Shown here: piece by piece, positions 11,622-20,651 of the stretch
Position numbering within the stretch: the stretch's first letter is position 1
How the letters are laid out: every line of letters starts with the position of its first letter
NCBI RefSeq assembly: GCF_028368995.1
Contig: NZ_JAQNDL010000001.1
Location: forward strand, 1,344,001 to 1,408,000
Length of the DNA stretch: 64,000 bases
Source: Nannocystis bainbridge
GTDB lineage: Bacteria; Myxococcota_A; Polyangia; Nannocystales; Nannocystaceae
Direction: 5' to 3'
The notes under the pieces: generated by a model
Databases searched by the model: none
What the model was told of the DNA's origin: nothing
The model's input: only the letters and a program-made list of their open reading frames with translations
Position numbers and translations under genes: made by a program

Positions 11622-12083
11622 TCATCGACCGCCGAGCGCCGCGGCCAGGCTGCGCCGGCCCTGCTCCATCACCCGGTGGTGGCTGCCGGCCATCCACCGC
11701 TTCACCGGCGGCAAGCGGGCCAGGGCCCGCAGCAGCGGGCGCCCCAGGTCGACCTCCCACAGCATCGTCACCTGGGTGCCGCTCGCCGTCGCCGTCAGGT
11801 CCCACGTCCCGCGGCCGACGAGGTCGCCGTCGGCGGTGAACTCGAGCCGGCGCGGCGGCTCGCGCAGCGTCACGCGCTGGACGAACGCGAGGGTCAGGCC
11901 GAAGTCGCCGCGGACCCGGCAATGGACGAGGTCGCCGGAAGCGTCGCCGGGCTCGGCGCGCTCGAAGCCCGGCCACCAGCTCGGATAACGCGGCGCGTCG
12001 GCGACCCACCGCCATACCGCCGCGGGGTCCGCGGCGAACGCCCACTCGCTGCGCAGACGGAACGCCGGCATCGCGCCAGACAT
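11622..12083 (-). CDS. SRPBCC / START-like (polyketide cyclase/dehydrase) protein
   Basis: ADPAAVWRWVADAPRYPSWWPG, GDLVGRGTW, GTQVT. Confidence 0.85.
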   Translation of the reverse strand: MSGAMPAFRLRSEWAFAADPAAVWRWVADAPRYPSWWPGFERAEPGDASGDLVHCRVRGDFGLTLAFVQRVTLREPPRRLEFTADGDLVGRGTWDLTATASGTQVTMLWEVDLGRPLLRALARLPPVKRWMAGSHHRVMEQGRRSLAAALGGR

Positions 12084-12127
12084 AGCAGACTCGGCCGAGG
12101 CGGCGCGTTGACGGCCGCCGCGCGGCG

Positions 12128-13627
12128 ATGCAAACCTCGCGCGCGGTGGATGTCCCGGCGCTCGAGACCGATGTCGTGATCCTCGGCGGCGGAATCGCCG
12201 GCCTCACCTGCGCCGTCGGCCTGCTCGGCTCCGGCCTGCGCCTCGTCGTGCTCGAGCGCGATCGATTGCTCGGCGGGCGGGCGCGCAGCTGGGCCGACCC
12301 GACCACCGGCGACCCGGTCCACGTCGGCCCGCACATCGTCACCAACTACTACCCCAACTTCTTCCGCCTGCTCGAACGCCTCGGCACCGCCGATCGCGTG
12401 GTCTGGGGCCCCGAAGAGGTCCTCTACACCATGTTCGACGGCGAGCGGGCCGTCGAGCTGCGGCGCTCCTCGTTGCCGCCGCCGGTGCAGATGCTGGCGA
12501 CCCTGTGTGACGACCCTGCGCTCGGCCTGCTCGACCTGGCCTCGAACGCGACCTCGGTGCAGGTCGCGCTCGGCCTCGACGAGCGCGAGGTCCTGCGCCT
12601 CGACGATCTCGACGGCGCCGCCGCGCTCGCGGCCATGGGCGTCCGCCCGGCGATGCTGCGGCGCTACTGGCAGTTCGCCGCCATGTCGATCCTCAACACC
12701 CCGGTCGAGCGCTGCTCGGCGGGTTCGCTGATGCGCACGTTCCACCACGCGATCAGCCGCGACGCCGTGCGTATCGGCTTCCCCGGCTGCGGCCTCGGCG
12801 ATCTGTTCGCCCCTGGCGCGCGCGCGGCGATCGAGGCCGCCGGCCACGCCGTGTGGACCGGCACCGCAGTGACCGAACTGCTCGGCGACGACGGTCGGGC
12901 CACCGGCGTGCGCCTGGCCGACGGACGTCAGCTGCGGGCGCGCCACGTCGTCAGCAGCTTGCCGCCCGCCGACCTCGCCGCCCTCGTGCCCGATCGCTGG
13001 CGCCACCTGCCCGGGCTCGACGCCCTGCCGTGGTTTCAGCCGGTCACCTACGTCAGCGTCTACTTGTGGTTCGACCGACGGATCACCCGGCGCCAGTTCT
13101 GGGCCCGCAGCTACGCCCCCGACGACCTCAACTGCGACTTCTACGACTACGCCAACATCTACCCCGACTGGGGCGATCGACCGTCGCTGATCGGCAGCAA
13201 CATCATCGACGCCGCGCGGATCGCCGGCATGAGCGACGACGAGATCGTCGCTGGCACCCGCCGCGAGCTCGACGAGAACCTGCCGCAGGCCCGGACCGCC
13301 GAGCTGCGACACGCCGCCGTCCACCGGATCCCGCTCGCCGTGCAGGCGCCATTGCCTGGCTTCGAGGCGCGCCGGCCGACCGCCGACACCGCCGTCGCGG
13401 GCCTCGTGCTCGCCGGCGACTGGACCCGCACCGGCCTGCCCTCGTCGATGGAGGGCGCCGCCGCCTCGGGCTGGCGCGCGGCGGAGCTGGTGCGCACGCG
13501 CGAGGATCGGCCGCGCGCGCTCGTGCGACCGCTGCCGCCGCGCGGCGTGCTGGCCCGCGCCCTCATGCCGGTCTCGCGGCTGCGCCCGTGGCCCTCGCGG
13601 CTGCGCCGGGCCCTCTCGCGCGGCTGA
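12128..13627 (+). CDS. FAD-dependent oxidoreductase, carotenoid desaturase/HpnE-like (amine oxidase fold)
   Basis: VVILGGGIAGL, LGGRARSW, GPHIV..YYPNF, LAGDWT..SMEGAAASG. Confidence 0.8.
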   Translation: MQTSRAVDVPALETDVVILGGGIAGLTCAVGLLGSGLRLVVLERDRLLGGRARSWADPTTGDPVHVGPHIVTNYYPNFFRLLERLGTADRVVWGPEEVLYTMFDGERAVELRRSSLPPPVQMLATLCDDPALGLLDLASNATSVQVALGLDEREVLRLDDLDGAAALAAMGVRPAMLRRYWQFAAMSILNTPVERCSAGSLMRTFHHAISRDAVRIGFPGCGLGDLFAPGARAAIEAAGHAVWTGTAVTELLGDDGRATGVRLADGRQLRARHVVSSLPPADLAALVPDRWRHLPGLDALPWFQPVTYVSVYLWFDRRITRRQFWARSYAPDDLNCDFYDYANIYPDWGDRPSLIGSNIIDAARIAGMSDDEIVAGTRRELDENLPQARTAELRHAAVHRIPLAVQAPLPGFEARRPTADTAVAGLVLAGDWTRTGLPSSMEGAAASGWRAAELVRTREDRPRALVRPLPPRGVLARALMPVSRLRPWPSRLRRALSRG

Positions 13628-13852
13628 GCGCCCCGGGACTCGAGCTCGCCGCACGCCTCGTCGCATGCGGATCGATCCGGAGCTCGAGCTCGTCGCCGCG
13701 GCGTCGGACCCTCTCGCGCTGGGGCTCACCCACGACCTCGAGTTCGCCCCGGCGAGCCAGCGGGCCTTGCGCGGCGCACCGACTTCGACGGTGGCCGTGC
13801 GCCTCGTCCGGGCGCCAGACCCTGCCCGCTCGCGCGCTCGCCTGCCGCGCCC

Positions 13853-14347
13853 ATGCTGCCCGTCATGGGCGACGAGACCTGCGCCATCACCTTGAAGGTG
13901 AACGGGGCCACGCTGCGGCTGCAGGTCGCTCCCTGGACCACCTTGCTCGATCTGCTGCGCGAGCGCCTCGGCCTCACGGGCACCAAGAAGGGCTGCGACC
14001 ACGGCCAGTGCGGCGCGTGCACCGTCCTCGTCGACGGCGTGCGCATCAACAGTTGCCTCAGCCTCGCCGTCATGCGCGACGGCGCCAGCGTCACCACGGT
14101 CGAGGGCCTGGCCGAGGGCGAGGCCCTGCACCCGCTGCAGCAGGCCTTCATCGATCACGACGCCTTCCAGTGCGGCTACTGCACCCCCGGCCAGCTGTGC
14201 TCCGCCGTCGGTCTGCTCGCCGAGGGCCACGCCAGCACCGACGACCAGATCCGCGAGCTCATGAGCGGCAACCTGTGCCGCTGCGGCGCCTACCCCAACA
14301 TCGTCGCCGCGATCGGCCAGGCCATGCGGCCGCGGAGGAGCGCGTGA
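13853..14347 (+). CDS. yagT: Xanthine dehydrogenase-family 2Fe-2S subunit (YagT/PaoA-like, no Tat signal)
   Basis: GTKKGCDHGQCGACTV, FQCGYCTPGQ, SGNLCRCGAY. Confidence 0.9.
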   Translation: MLPVMGDETCAITLKVNGATLRLQVAPWTTLLDLLRERLGLTGTKKGCDHGQCGACTVLVDGVRINSCLSLAVMRDGASVTTVEGLAEGEALHPLQQAFIDHDAFQCGYCTPGQLCSAVGLLAEGHASTDDQIRELMSGNLCRCGAYPNIVAAIGQAMRPRRSA

Positions 14348-15339
14348 ACCCGTTCGGCTACACCCGCGCCGGCGACGTCGCCGAGGCCGTGCGCACCGCC
14401 GCCAGCGACGGCGCGGCCCAGTTCATCGCCGGCGGGACCAACCTCGTCGACCTCATGAAGGAGCGCATCACCGCTCCCAGCCGCCTCATCGACATCACCC
14501 GCCTGCCGCTGCGCGCGGTCGAGTCACTGCCCGACGGCGGCCTCAAGATCGGCGCGCTCGTCAGCAACCACGACCTCGCCTACCACCCCGAGGTCGTCGC
14601 CCGCTATCCGCTGCTGTCGCAGGCGATCCTCGCCGGCGCCTCGCCGCAGCTGCGCAACATGGCCAGCACCGGCGGCAACCTGCTGCAGCGCACCCGCTGC
14701 TATTACTTCTACGACGCCGCCTTGCCGTGCAACAAGCGCGCGCCCGGCAGCGGCTGCCCGGCGCTCGCCGGCGTCAACCGGATCCACGCGATCCTCGGCG
14801 CCAGCGAGCAGTGCATCGCCGTGCACCCCTCGGACATGTGCGTCGCTCTGGCCGCGCTCGCGGCCACCGTGCACGTCACCGGCCCCGCCGGCTCGCGGAC
14901 CATCGAGTTCGCCGCGTTCCATCGCCTGCCCGGCGACACCCCCGAGCGCGACACCAACTTGCAGCCAGGCGAGCTCGTCACCGCCGTGGAGCTGCCGCGC
15001 CAGGGCTTCGCCGCGCACGCGTCCTACCTCAAGGTCCGCGATCGTCACTCCTACGCCTTCGCCCTCGTCTCGGTCGCCGCGGCCCTCGAGCTCGAGGACG
15101 GCAAGATCGCCGAGGCTCGCCTCGCGCTCGGCGGCGTCGCCCACAAGCCGTGGCGCGACCCCACCGCCGAAGATCTGCTGCGCGGCCGCAGCCCCGACGA
15201 CGCCCTGTTCGCCCGCGTCGGCGAGCACCTCGTGCGCGACGCTCGCGGCCGCGGTCACAACGACTTCAAGATCGCCCTCGTCCGTCGCGCGGTGGTCCGC
15301 GCGCTGCAGCAGGCGGTCGCCGGAGGATCGCAAGCATGA
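14344..15339 (+). CDS. yagS: Xanthine dehydrogenase-family FAD subunit (YagS/PaoB-like)
   Basis: GTG 14344 overlaps upstream TGA; IAGGTNLVDLMK, QLRNMASTGGNLLQRTRCYYF..CNKR..GC, HPSDM, KVRDR.SYAFA. Confidence 0.9.
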   Translation: MNPFGYTRAGDVAEAVRTAASDGAAQFIAGGTNLVDLMKERITAPSRLIDITRLPLRAVESLPDGGLKIGALVSNHDLAYHPEVVARYPLLSQAILAGASPQLRNMASTGGNLLQRTRCYYFYDAALPCNKRAPGSGCPALAGVNRIHAILGASEQCIAVHPSDMCVALAALAATVHVTGPAGSRTIEFAAFHRLPGDTPERDTNLQPGELVTAVELPRQGFAAHASYLKVRDRHSYAFALVSVAAALELEDGKIAEARLALGGVAHKPWRDPTAEDLLRGRSPDDALFARVGEHLVRDARGRGHNDFKIALVRRAVVRALQQAVAGGSQA

Positions 15340-17555
15340 CCACCGGCAAGCCCCACGATCGCGTCGACGGCCGGGCCAAGGTCACCGGCCAGGCCCGCTA
15401 CGCCGGCGAGTTCTCGGCCCCCGACCTCGTGCACGGCGTCGTCGTCACCACCGCGATCGCCCGCGGCAAGATCGTCCGTATCGACGCCGCCGAGGCCCTG
15501 GCCCTGCCCGGCGTGCTGCAGGTATTTACCCACGAGAACGCCCCGCGGCTGGCCTGGCGCGACCGCAGCTGGCGCGACATGGTCGCCCCTGGCGGCTCGC
15601 CGCTGCGCCCGCTTCACGACGCCGAGATCCAATTCAGCGGTCAGCCCGTCGCGCTCGTGGTCGCCGAGAGCTTCGAGCTCGCGCGCCACGCCGCCGGCCT
15701 CGTCGTGGTCGTGGTCGAGGCCGCGCCGCACCAGACCCGCCTCGCCGAGGTCGAGGCCGAGGCGCACGAGCCGGCCCGCGGCAAGAAGGGCTACACCCCG
15801 CCGCCCAAGCCACGCGGGCGCGCCGACGAGGCCCTCGCCGCCGCGCCCGTGCGCGTCGAGGCGACCTACGAGCACCCGGCGCTGCACCACAACCCGATGG
15901 AGCCGCACGCCACCACCGTCGTCGTCGAGGCCGACGGCAACCTGACGATCCACGACAAGACCCAGGGCGTCGGCAACAGCCGCGACTACGTGTGCAAGGT
16001 GTTCGGCCTCTCGACCGACCAGGTCCGCGTCGTCACCCCGTTCGTCGGCGGCGGCTTCGGCTCCGGCCTGCGCCCGCAGTATCAATTGTTCCTCGCCGTC
16101 CTGGCCGCCCGCGAGCTGCGGCGCTCGGTCCGGGTCGTGCTCACGCGCCAGCAGATGTTCACGCTCGGCTACCGCCCGTGGACCCGCCAGCGCGTGGCGC
16201 TCGGCGCCGAGCGTGACGGCAGCCTGCGCGCGCTCGTGCACGAGGCCGTCGGCAACACCTCGCGCTTCGAGGACTACTGCGAGAACGTGGTCCCCTGGTC
16301 CGGCGTGCTCTACGAGTGCCCCAACACCCGGCTCGAGTACGGCGTGGCCCCGCTCGACCTCTACACCCCGATCGACGCCCGCGCCCCCGGGGCCGTCACT
16401 GGCCTGTGGGCCCTCGAGTCGGCGATCGACGAGCTCGCCGACGCGCTCGACCTCGACCCGCTGGCGCTGCGCCTGCGCAACTACGCCGAGGAAGATCAGG
16501 ACCACCGGCGCCCGTTCTCGAGCAAGGCCTTGCGCGACTGCTACCGCGAGGGCGCGGCCAGGTTCGGCTGGCACCGGCGCTCGCGCGCCCCCCGATCGAT
16601 GCGGGCCGGCCCGCTGCAAATCGGCTGGGGCATGGCCACCGGCATCTGGGAGGCGCAACAAGCCCCCTCGCAGGCCAAGGCCCTGCTCACCGCCGACGGC
16701 CGGCTGCACGTCGCCAGCGCCAGCGGCGAGATCGGCCCCGGCACCTACACGATCATGTCGCAGATCGCCGCCGAGCAGCTCGGCCTCCCGATCGCCGCCG
16801 TCCGCTTCGAGCTCGGCGACACCGCCTTGCCGCCCGCCATGATCCAGGGCGGCTCGGCCACCGCCTCCTCGGTCGGCTCGGCCGTGCTCGCCGTCTGCAA
16901 GGCGCTGCAGCACAGCCTCTTGAAGCTGGCGCAGACCATGCCCGACTCCCCGTTCGCCGGCCGCGGCCTCGACGACGTCGTGTTCCTCGATCGCGGCCTG
17001 CGCCTGCGCAGCGGCACCGCCGACGCCGTACCGATCGCCGCCATCATGCGCCACGCCGGCCTCGGCAGCCTCGCCGAGCAGGCCACCGCGATCCCCGACA
17101 TGGCCCGCCAGTCACGCTACACCAGCAACGCTCACTCGGCCGTGTTCGTCGAGGTCGCGGTCGACGAGGCGCTCGGCACCGTCACCGTGAAGCGGGTCGT
17201 CAGCGCCGTCGCGGGCGGGCGGATCTTGAACCCCAAGACCGCGCGCAGCCAGATCCTCGGCGGCGTGGTGTGGGGCATCGGCATGGCGCTCGAGGAGCAC
17301 AGCATGCTCGACCACGGGCTCGGCCGCTTCGTCAACCACAACCTCGGCGAGTACCACGTGCCGGTCCACGCCGACGTACCCGAGATCGACGTCCTGTTCG
17401 TCGAGGAGCGCGACGATGTCGTCAACCCGCTCGGCGTCAAGGGCCTCGGCGAGATCGGCATCGTCGGCGTCGCGGCCGCGATCGCCAACGCCGTCTTCCA
17501 CGCCACCGGCAGGCGGATCCGCGAGCTGCCGATCACCCTCGACAAGCTGCTGTGA
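15336..17555 (+). CDS. yagR: Xanthine dehydrogenase-family molybdopterin-binding subunit (YagR/PaoC-like)
   Basis: ATGA overlap at 15336; RVDGRAKVTG, HHNPMEPH, FVGGGFGS, RAPG, GVKGLGEIG, RIRELPIT. Confidence 0.92.
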   Translation: MTTGKPHDRVDGRAKVTGQARYAGEFSAPDLVHGVVVTTAIARGKIVRIDAAEALALPGVLQVFTHENAPRLAWRDRSWRDMVAPGGSPLRPLHDAEIQFSGQPVALVVAESFELARHAAGLVVVVVEAAPHQTRLAEVEAEAHEPARGKKGYTPPPKPRGRADEALAAAPVRVEATYEHPALHHNPMEPHATTVVVEADGNLTIHDKTQGVGNSRDYVCKVFGLSTDQVRVVTPFVGGGFGSGLRPQYQLFLAVLAARELRRSVRVVLTRQQMFTLGYRPWTRQRVALGAERDGSLRALVHEAVGNTSRFEDYCENVVPWSGVLYECPNTRLEYGVAPLDLYTPIDARAPGAVTGLWALESAIDELADALDLDPLALRLRNYAEEDQDHRRPFSSKALRDCYREGAARFGWHRRSRAPRSMRAGPLQIGWGMATGIWEAQQAPSQAKALLTADGRLHVASASGEIGPGTYTIMSQIAAEQLGLPIAAVRFELGDTALPPAMIQGGSATASSVGSAVLAVCKALQHSLLKLAQTMPDSPFAGRGLDDVVFLDRGLRLRSGTADAVPIAAIMRHAGLGSLAEQATAIPDMARQSRYTSNAHSAVFVEVAVDEALGTVTVKRVVSAVAGGRILNPKTARSQILGGVVWGIGMALEEHSMLDHGLGRFVNHNLGEYHVPVHADVPEIDVLFVEERDDVVNPLGVKGLGEIGIVGVAAAIANAVFHATGRRIRELPITLDKLL

Positions 17556-17587
17556 ACGCCCGCGCAGCCGGCCGCTCGCATGCACAC

Positions 17588-17725
17588 CCGCCCCGCCTGC
17601 ACGGGCTGATTGCGCCGCATCATGACGCTCGACAACGCCGCGATCCCACGCGAGCACCGCCCCGCCTGCGCGGACGGATTGCGCCGCATCATGACGCTCG
17701 CCAACGCCGCGATCCCGCGCGAGCA
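17588..17725. repeat. Tandem duplication of a ~69-bp intergenic unit
   Basis: CCGCCCCGCCTGC at 17588 and 17657; GATTGCGCCGCATCATGACGCTCG at 17608 and 17677. Confidence 0.85.
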
Positions 17726-17989
17726 CCCGCCCCACCGATCGATCGCACCGCTCCACGGCACACTGACAGCGCATCGGGCGACCGTGCGAGCACTCGCCGC
17801 TTCATGACGGGATCGACAGCGCTCGCTCCGCAGATGCCCGCGGTCTCCGGAAAGCCGGGACGCGGGCGACCTCCGCGCAAGCACGCGCTCGAGCCCGCTG
17901 CGCACCCACCCCATCGGGAGCGCGCCCGCCTCCGCAGCGATCGCGTCCCGTCTGTCAGATGAGTGCACCCCTCCGGCTAACCTCGGGGG

Positions 17990-18775
17990 ATGACCGCACG
18001 TCTGCCGCTCGCCCTCGTCACCGGGGCCAACCGGGGCCTCGGCCTCGAAGTTTGCCGCCAGCTCCGCGACCGGGGTTACCGCGTCATCCTCACCGCCCGC
18101 GACCCCGAGCGCGGGCGTGAGGCCGCCCGCGACCTCGGCGTCGAGTTCTTGCCGCTCGATGTCGGCGACTCTGCCAGCGTCGCCCGCCTGGTCGCCGAGC
18201 TGCGGCGGCTCGACCCCGAGGGCCTCGACGTCGTGGTCGCCAACGCCGGCGTCGCCCTCGACGGCTTCGACGCTCAGGTCGCGGCCACCACCGTCGACAC
18301 CAATTACTTCGGCGTCCTGCGCGTGGTCGAGGGCGTGCTCCCGCTGCTGCGGCAGGACGCGCGCCTCGTGCTCGTCTCGAGCGGCGTCGGTCAGCGCGAC
18401 CTCCTCTCCGCCGATCTGCGGGCCCGCCTCGACCTCGACACCCTCACGCGTGACGAGCTGTCCGCCTTCATGCAGCAGTTCGTCGACGACGTGCAGGCCG
18501 GCCGCCACCGCGAGGCCGGCTGGCCGGGCACCGCCTACGGCACCTCGAAGATCGGCGTCACCGCCCTGGCTCACCTGCTCGCGCGCGACCTCGCCGGCGA
18601 CCCGCGCCACCTCGACATCGTCGCCGTGTGCCCCGGCTGGGTCCGCACCGCCATGGGCGGCCCCAACGCCGAGCGCACCGTCGAAGTCGGCGCCGCCAGC
18701 ATCCTCGGCGGCCTCGAGGCCCCGCGCGACGACCCGCACCGCTTCTACCGCGACGGCGCCCACGCCAGCTGGTGA
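17990..18775 (+). CDS. SDR family oxidoreductase (carbonyl reductase-like)
   Basis: TGANRGLG, NAG, TNYFG, YGTSK, CPGWVRTAMGG. Confidence 0.93.
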   Translation: MTARLPLALVTGANRGLGLEVCRQLRDRGYRVILTARDPERGREAARDLGVEFLPLDVGDSASVARLVAELRRLDPEGLDVVVANAGVALDGFDAQVAATTVDTNYFGVLRVVEGVLPLLRQDARLVLVSSGVGQRDLLSADLRARLDLDTLTRDELSAFMQQFVDDVQAGRHREAGWPGTAYGTSKIGVTALAHLLARDLAGDPRHLDIVAVCPGWVRTAMGGPNAERTVEVGAASILGGLEAPRDDPHRFYRDGAHASW

Positions 18776-18845
18776 CGCGCGCCGCCTCCGACACCGGCGA
18801 GCTCCCACCCTCGGCGTCGGACTCGAGCCGTGGCCGCCACGGACG

Positions 18846-18939
18846 GTACATGTCTCCCAGGACATGCCCCTTATCGCATGTCCATCACGACATGTCGCCG
18901 AGGACATGCCCCATGTCGCATGTCCTTCACGCCATGCGA
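18846..18939. repeat. 14-bp-period array, 7 units, between convergent genes
   Basis: CATG at 18849, 18863, 18877, 18891, 18905, 18919, 18933. Confidence 0.92.
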
Positions 18940-18946
18940 CCCGCCC

Positions 18947-20320
18947 TCACGCCGGCCGGTGCCCCGCCGCCGTGATCCCGGCCCACAGCCCTGGCCGGCG
19001 CGCGTGGCCGTGGTCGCCGGGCTTGAGGTCGTCGATCTCCGGCGTGCGCCAGATCAGCAGCACCGCGCCTGCCAGCCACAGCACCAGCGTGAACACCCCG
19101 ACCCCGAGCTGCACCGCCAGGCCCGGGCCACCGCCGAGCAGCGCCGCCAGCCGGTCGCCGAGCAGCGCCGACAGCACGCTGCCGACCGGCATCGCCCCGA
19201 ACATCGCCATGTTGAACAGCGCCAGCACCCGCCCGCGCATCGCGTCCGGGGTCAGCAGCTGGACCGACGTCATCAGGCTCGAGAAGGCCCAGATCCAAAA
19301 GAACCCCGACACCAGCAGGCACGCCGCCGCCCACGCCGGCTCGGTCAGCGCGCAGTAGATCGTCATCGAAGCGCCCGACATCAGCAGCGCCAGCGGGATG
19401 ATGTGATGCCGCGGGTACCACGACGGAAGCCGGCCCAGCGACAGCCCGCCGAGCACCGCCCCCGCGCCGACCGCCGACAGCATCAGCCCGTAGGTCGCCT
19501 CCTCGGCGTGGTACACCTCCGACACGAACAGCGGCAGCATCCGCTGCAGCGGCGCCGCCAGCATGCTGAGCAGCAGCAGGCCCAGCATCACCCGACGCGC
19601 GCCGACGTGGTCGCGGACGAACCGCAGCGCCTCGCTGACCTCGCGCCACGGCGCGTGCGCGCCGGTGCTGGCCGGGGGCGCCGGCGCGGTCGAGCGCACC
19701 GCCCACAGCACGCCGACGAAGCTCAGGGCGTTGATCGTGAACAGCAGCGTCGCGCCCCACTTGGCCATCAGCAGCCCCGCCAGCGCCGGCCCGGCCACGC
19801 GCGCGAGGTTGAACTGCATGCCCATCAGCGCGATCGCCCGCGGCAGCTCCTCGCGCGGCACCAGCCGCGGGCTCAGCGTCTGCCACGCCGGCGTGTTGAA
19901 CGCCATGGCGATCCCGTTGACCAGCCCGAGCCCGATCAGCACCGGCGGCGTGGCCCACCCGAACGCGTGCGCCACCGCCAGCAGCGCCGCGATCGCCATC
20001 ATCACCACCTGCGTGATCAAGAGCATCTGCCGCCGGTCGACCCAGTCGACCAGCAGCCCCGCCGGCAGCCCGAGGATCAGCATCGGCCCCAGCTGCGCGG
20101 CCGCGAGCGCGCCGAGCATCAGCGTCGACGAGGTCTGTTCGGCCATGAGCCACTGGACGCCCACGCCCTCCATCCACGTGCCGATCGACGAGGCCATCGC
20201 CCCCAGCCAGACCCGGCGAAAGCCGACGTGGCGCATCACACCGCGCCACCGCAGGCGCGACACGTCGACGTCGACGCCGACGTGCGACGCGCTCGGATCG
20301 ACCTGCAGGTGCTGGACCAC
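18947..20320 (-). CDS. MFS transporter (MFS_3/DUF894-like); start uncertain (GTG 20320 or ATG 20236)
   Basis: FRRVWLG..SSIGTWM, GLLVDWVDRR, FNLARVAGPALAG, PDAMRGRV; about 12 TM helices. Confidence 0.88.
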   Translation of the reverse strand: MVQHLQVDPSASHVGVDVDVSRLRWRGVMRHVGFRRVWLGAMASSIGTWMEGVGVQWLMAEQTSSTLMLGALAAAQLGPMLILGLPAGLLVDWVDRRQMLLITQVVMMAIAALLAVAHAFGWATPPVLIGLGLVNGIAMAFNTPAWQTLSPRLVPREELPRAIALMGMQFNLARVAGPALAGLLMAKWGATLLFTINALSFVGVLWAVRSTAPAPPASTGAHAPWREVSEALRFVRDHVGARRVMLGLLLLSMLAAPLQRMLPLFVSEVYHAEEATYGLMLSAVGAGAVLGGLSLGRLPSWYPRHHIIPLALLMSGASMTIYCALTEPAWAAACLLVSGFFWIWAFSSLMTSVQLLTPDAMRGRVLALFNMAMFGAMPVGSVLSALLGDRLAALLGGGPGLAVQLGVGVFTLVLWLAGAVLLIWRTPEIDDLKPGDHGHARRPGLWAGITAAGHRPA

Positions 20321-20519
20321 GGCGCGAGCATAGCGCGTCGCCCGGGCCCGCGCCGCGGGGTCGCGCCGCATGAAGGTCCGGACATTCTTCACGCGCCCGC
20401 GCTGCGCCGCTCACCGCGTCCTCCGCGTCGTGGTCGCCGCCGCGGCGATGTGCCACGCTGTCCCTCCCAGGGTCCCCGGCGCCCGCGAAGCGCGCCGGAC
20501 CGCGCAGCGGCTCACGCAT

Positions 20520-20604
20520 TCACATGCCTCTTGCGACATGTCCGCCAGGCCAGCAGCGGCCCCGCTCCCGCCGCGGTATTTTCGATGTCTCTCCGGACAT
20601 GTCC
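20520..20604. repeat. Two 2-unit copies of the 14-bp-period motif in a divergent intergenic region
   Basis: CATG 20523/20537; GATG 20584/CATG 20598; a further pair at 20369/20383. Confidence 0.6.
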
Positions 20605-20651
20605 TTTCGACCAGCTACATGCTTGACCTCCGCCCGCCCGCGCAGCCGCCG

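Noticed and set aside
12853-15335. Apparent N-terminal extensions or frameshift fusions of the YagS/YagR ORFs
   Set aside because: Explained by standard GTGA/ATGA overlaps at 14344 and 15336.
17588-17725. 69-bp period as a mini-CRISPR
   Set aside because: The whole unit is duplicated with no unique spacers.
18846-18939. 14-bp arrays as CRISPR arrays
   Set aside because: Repeats are 10 bp and degenerate, spacers are 4 bp, and there is no leader or cas gene.
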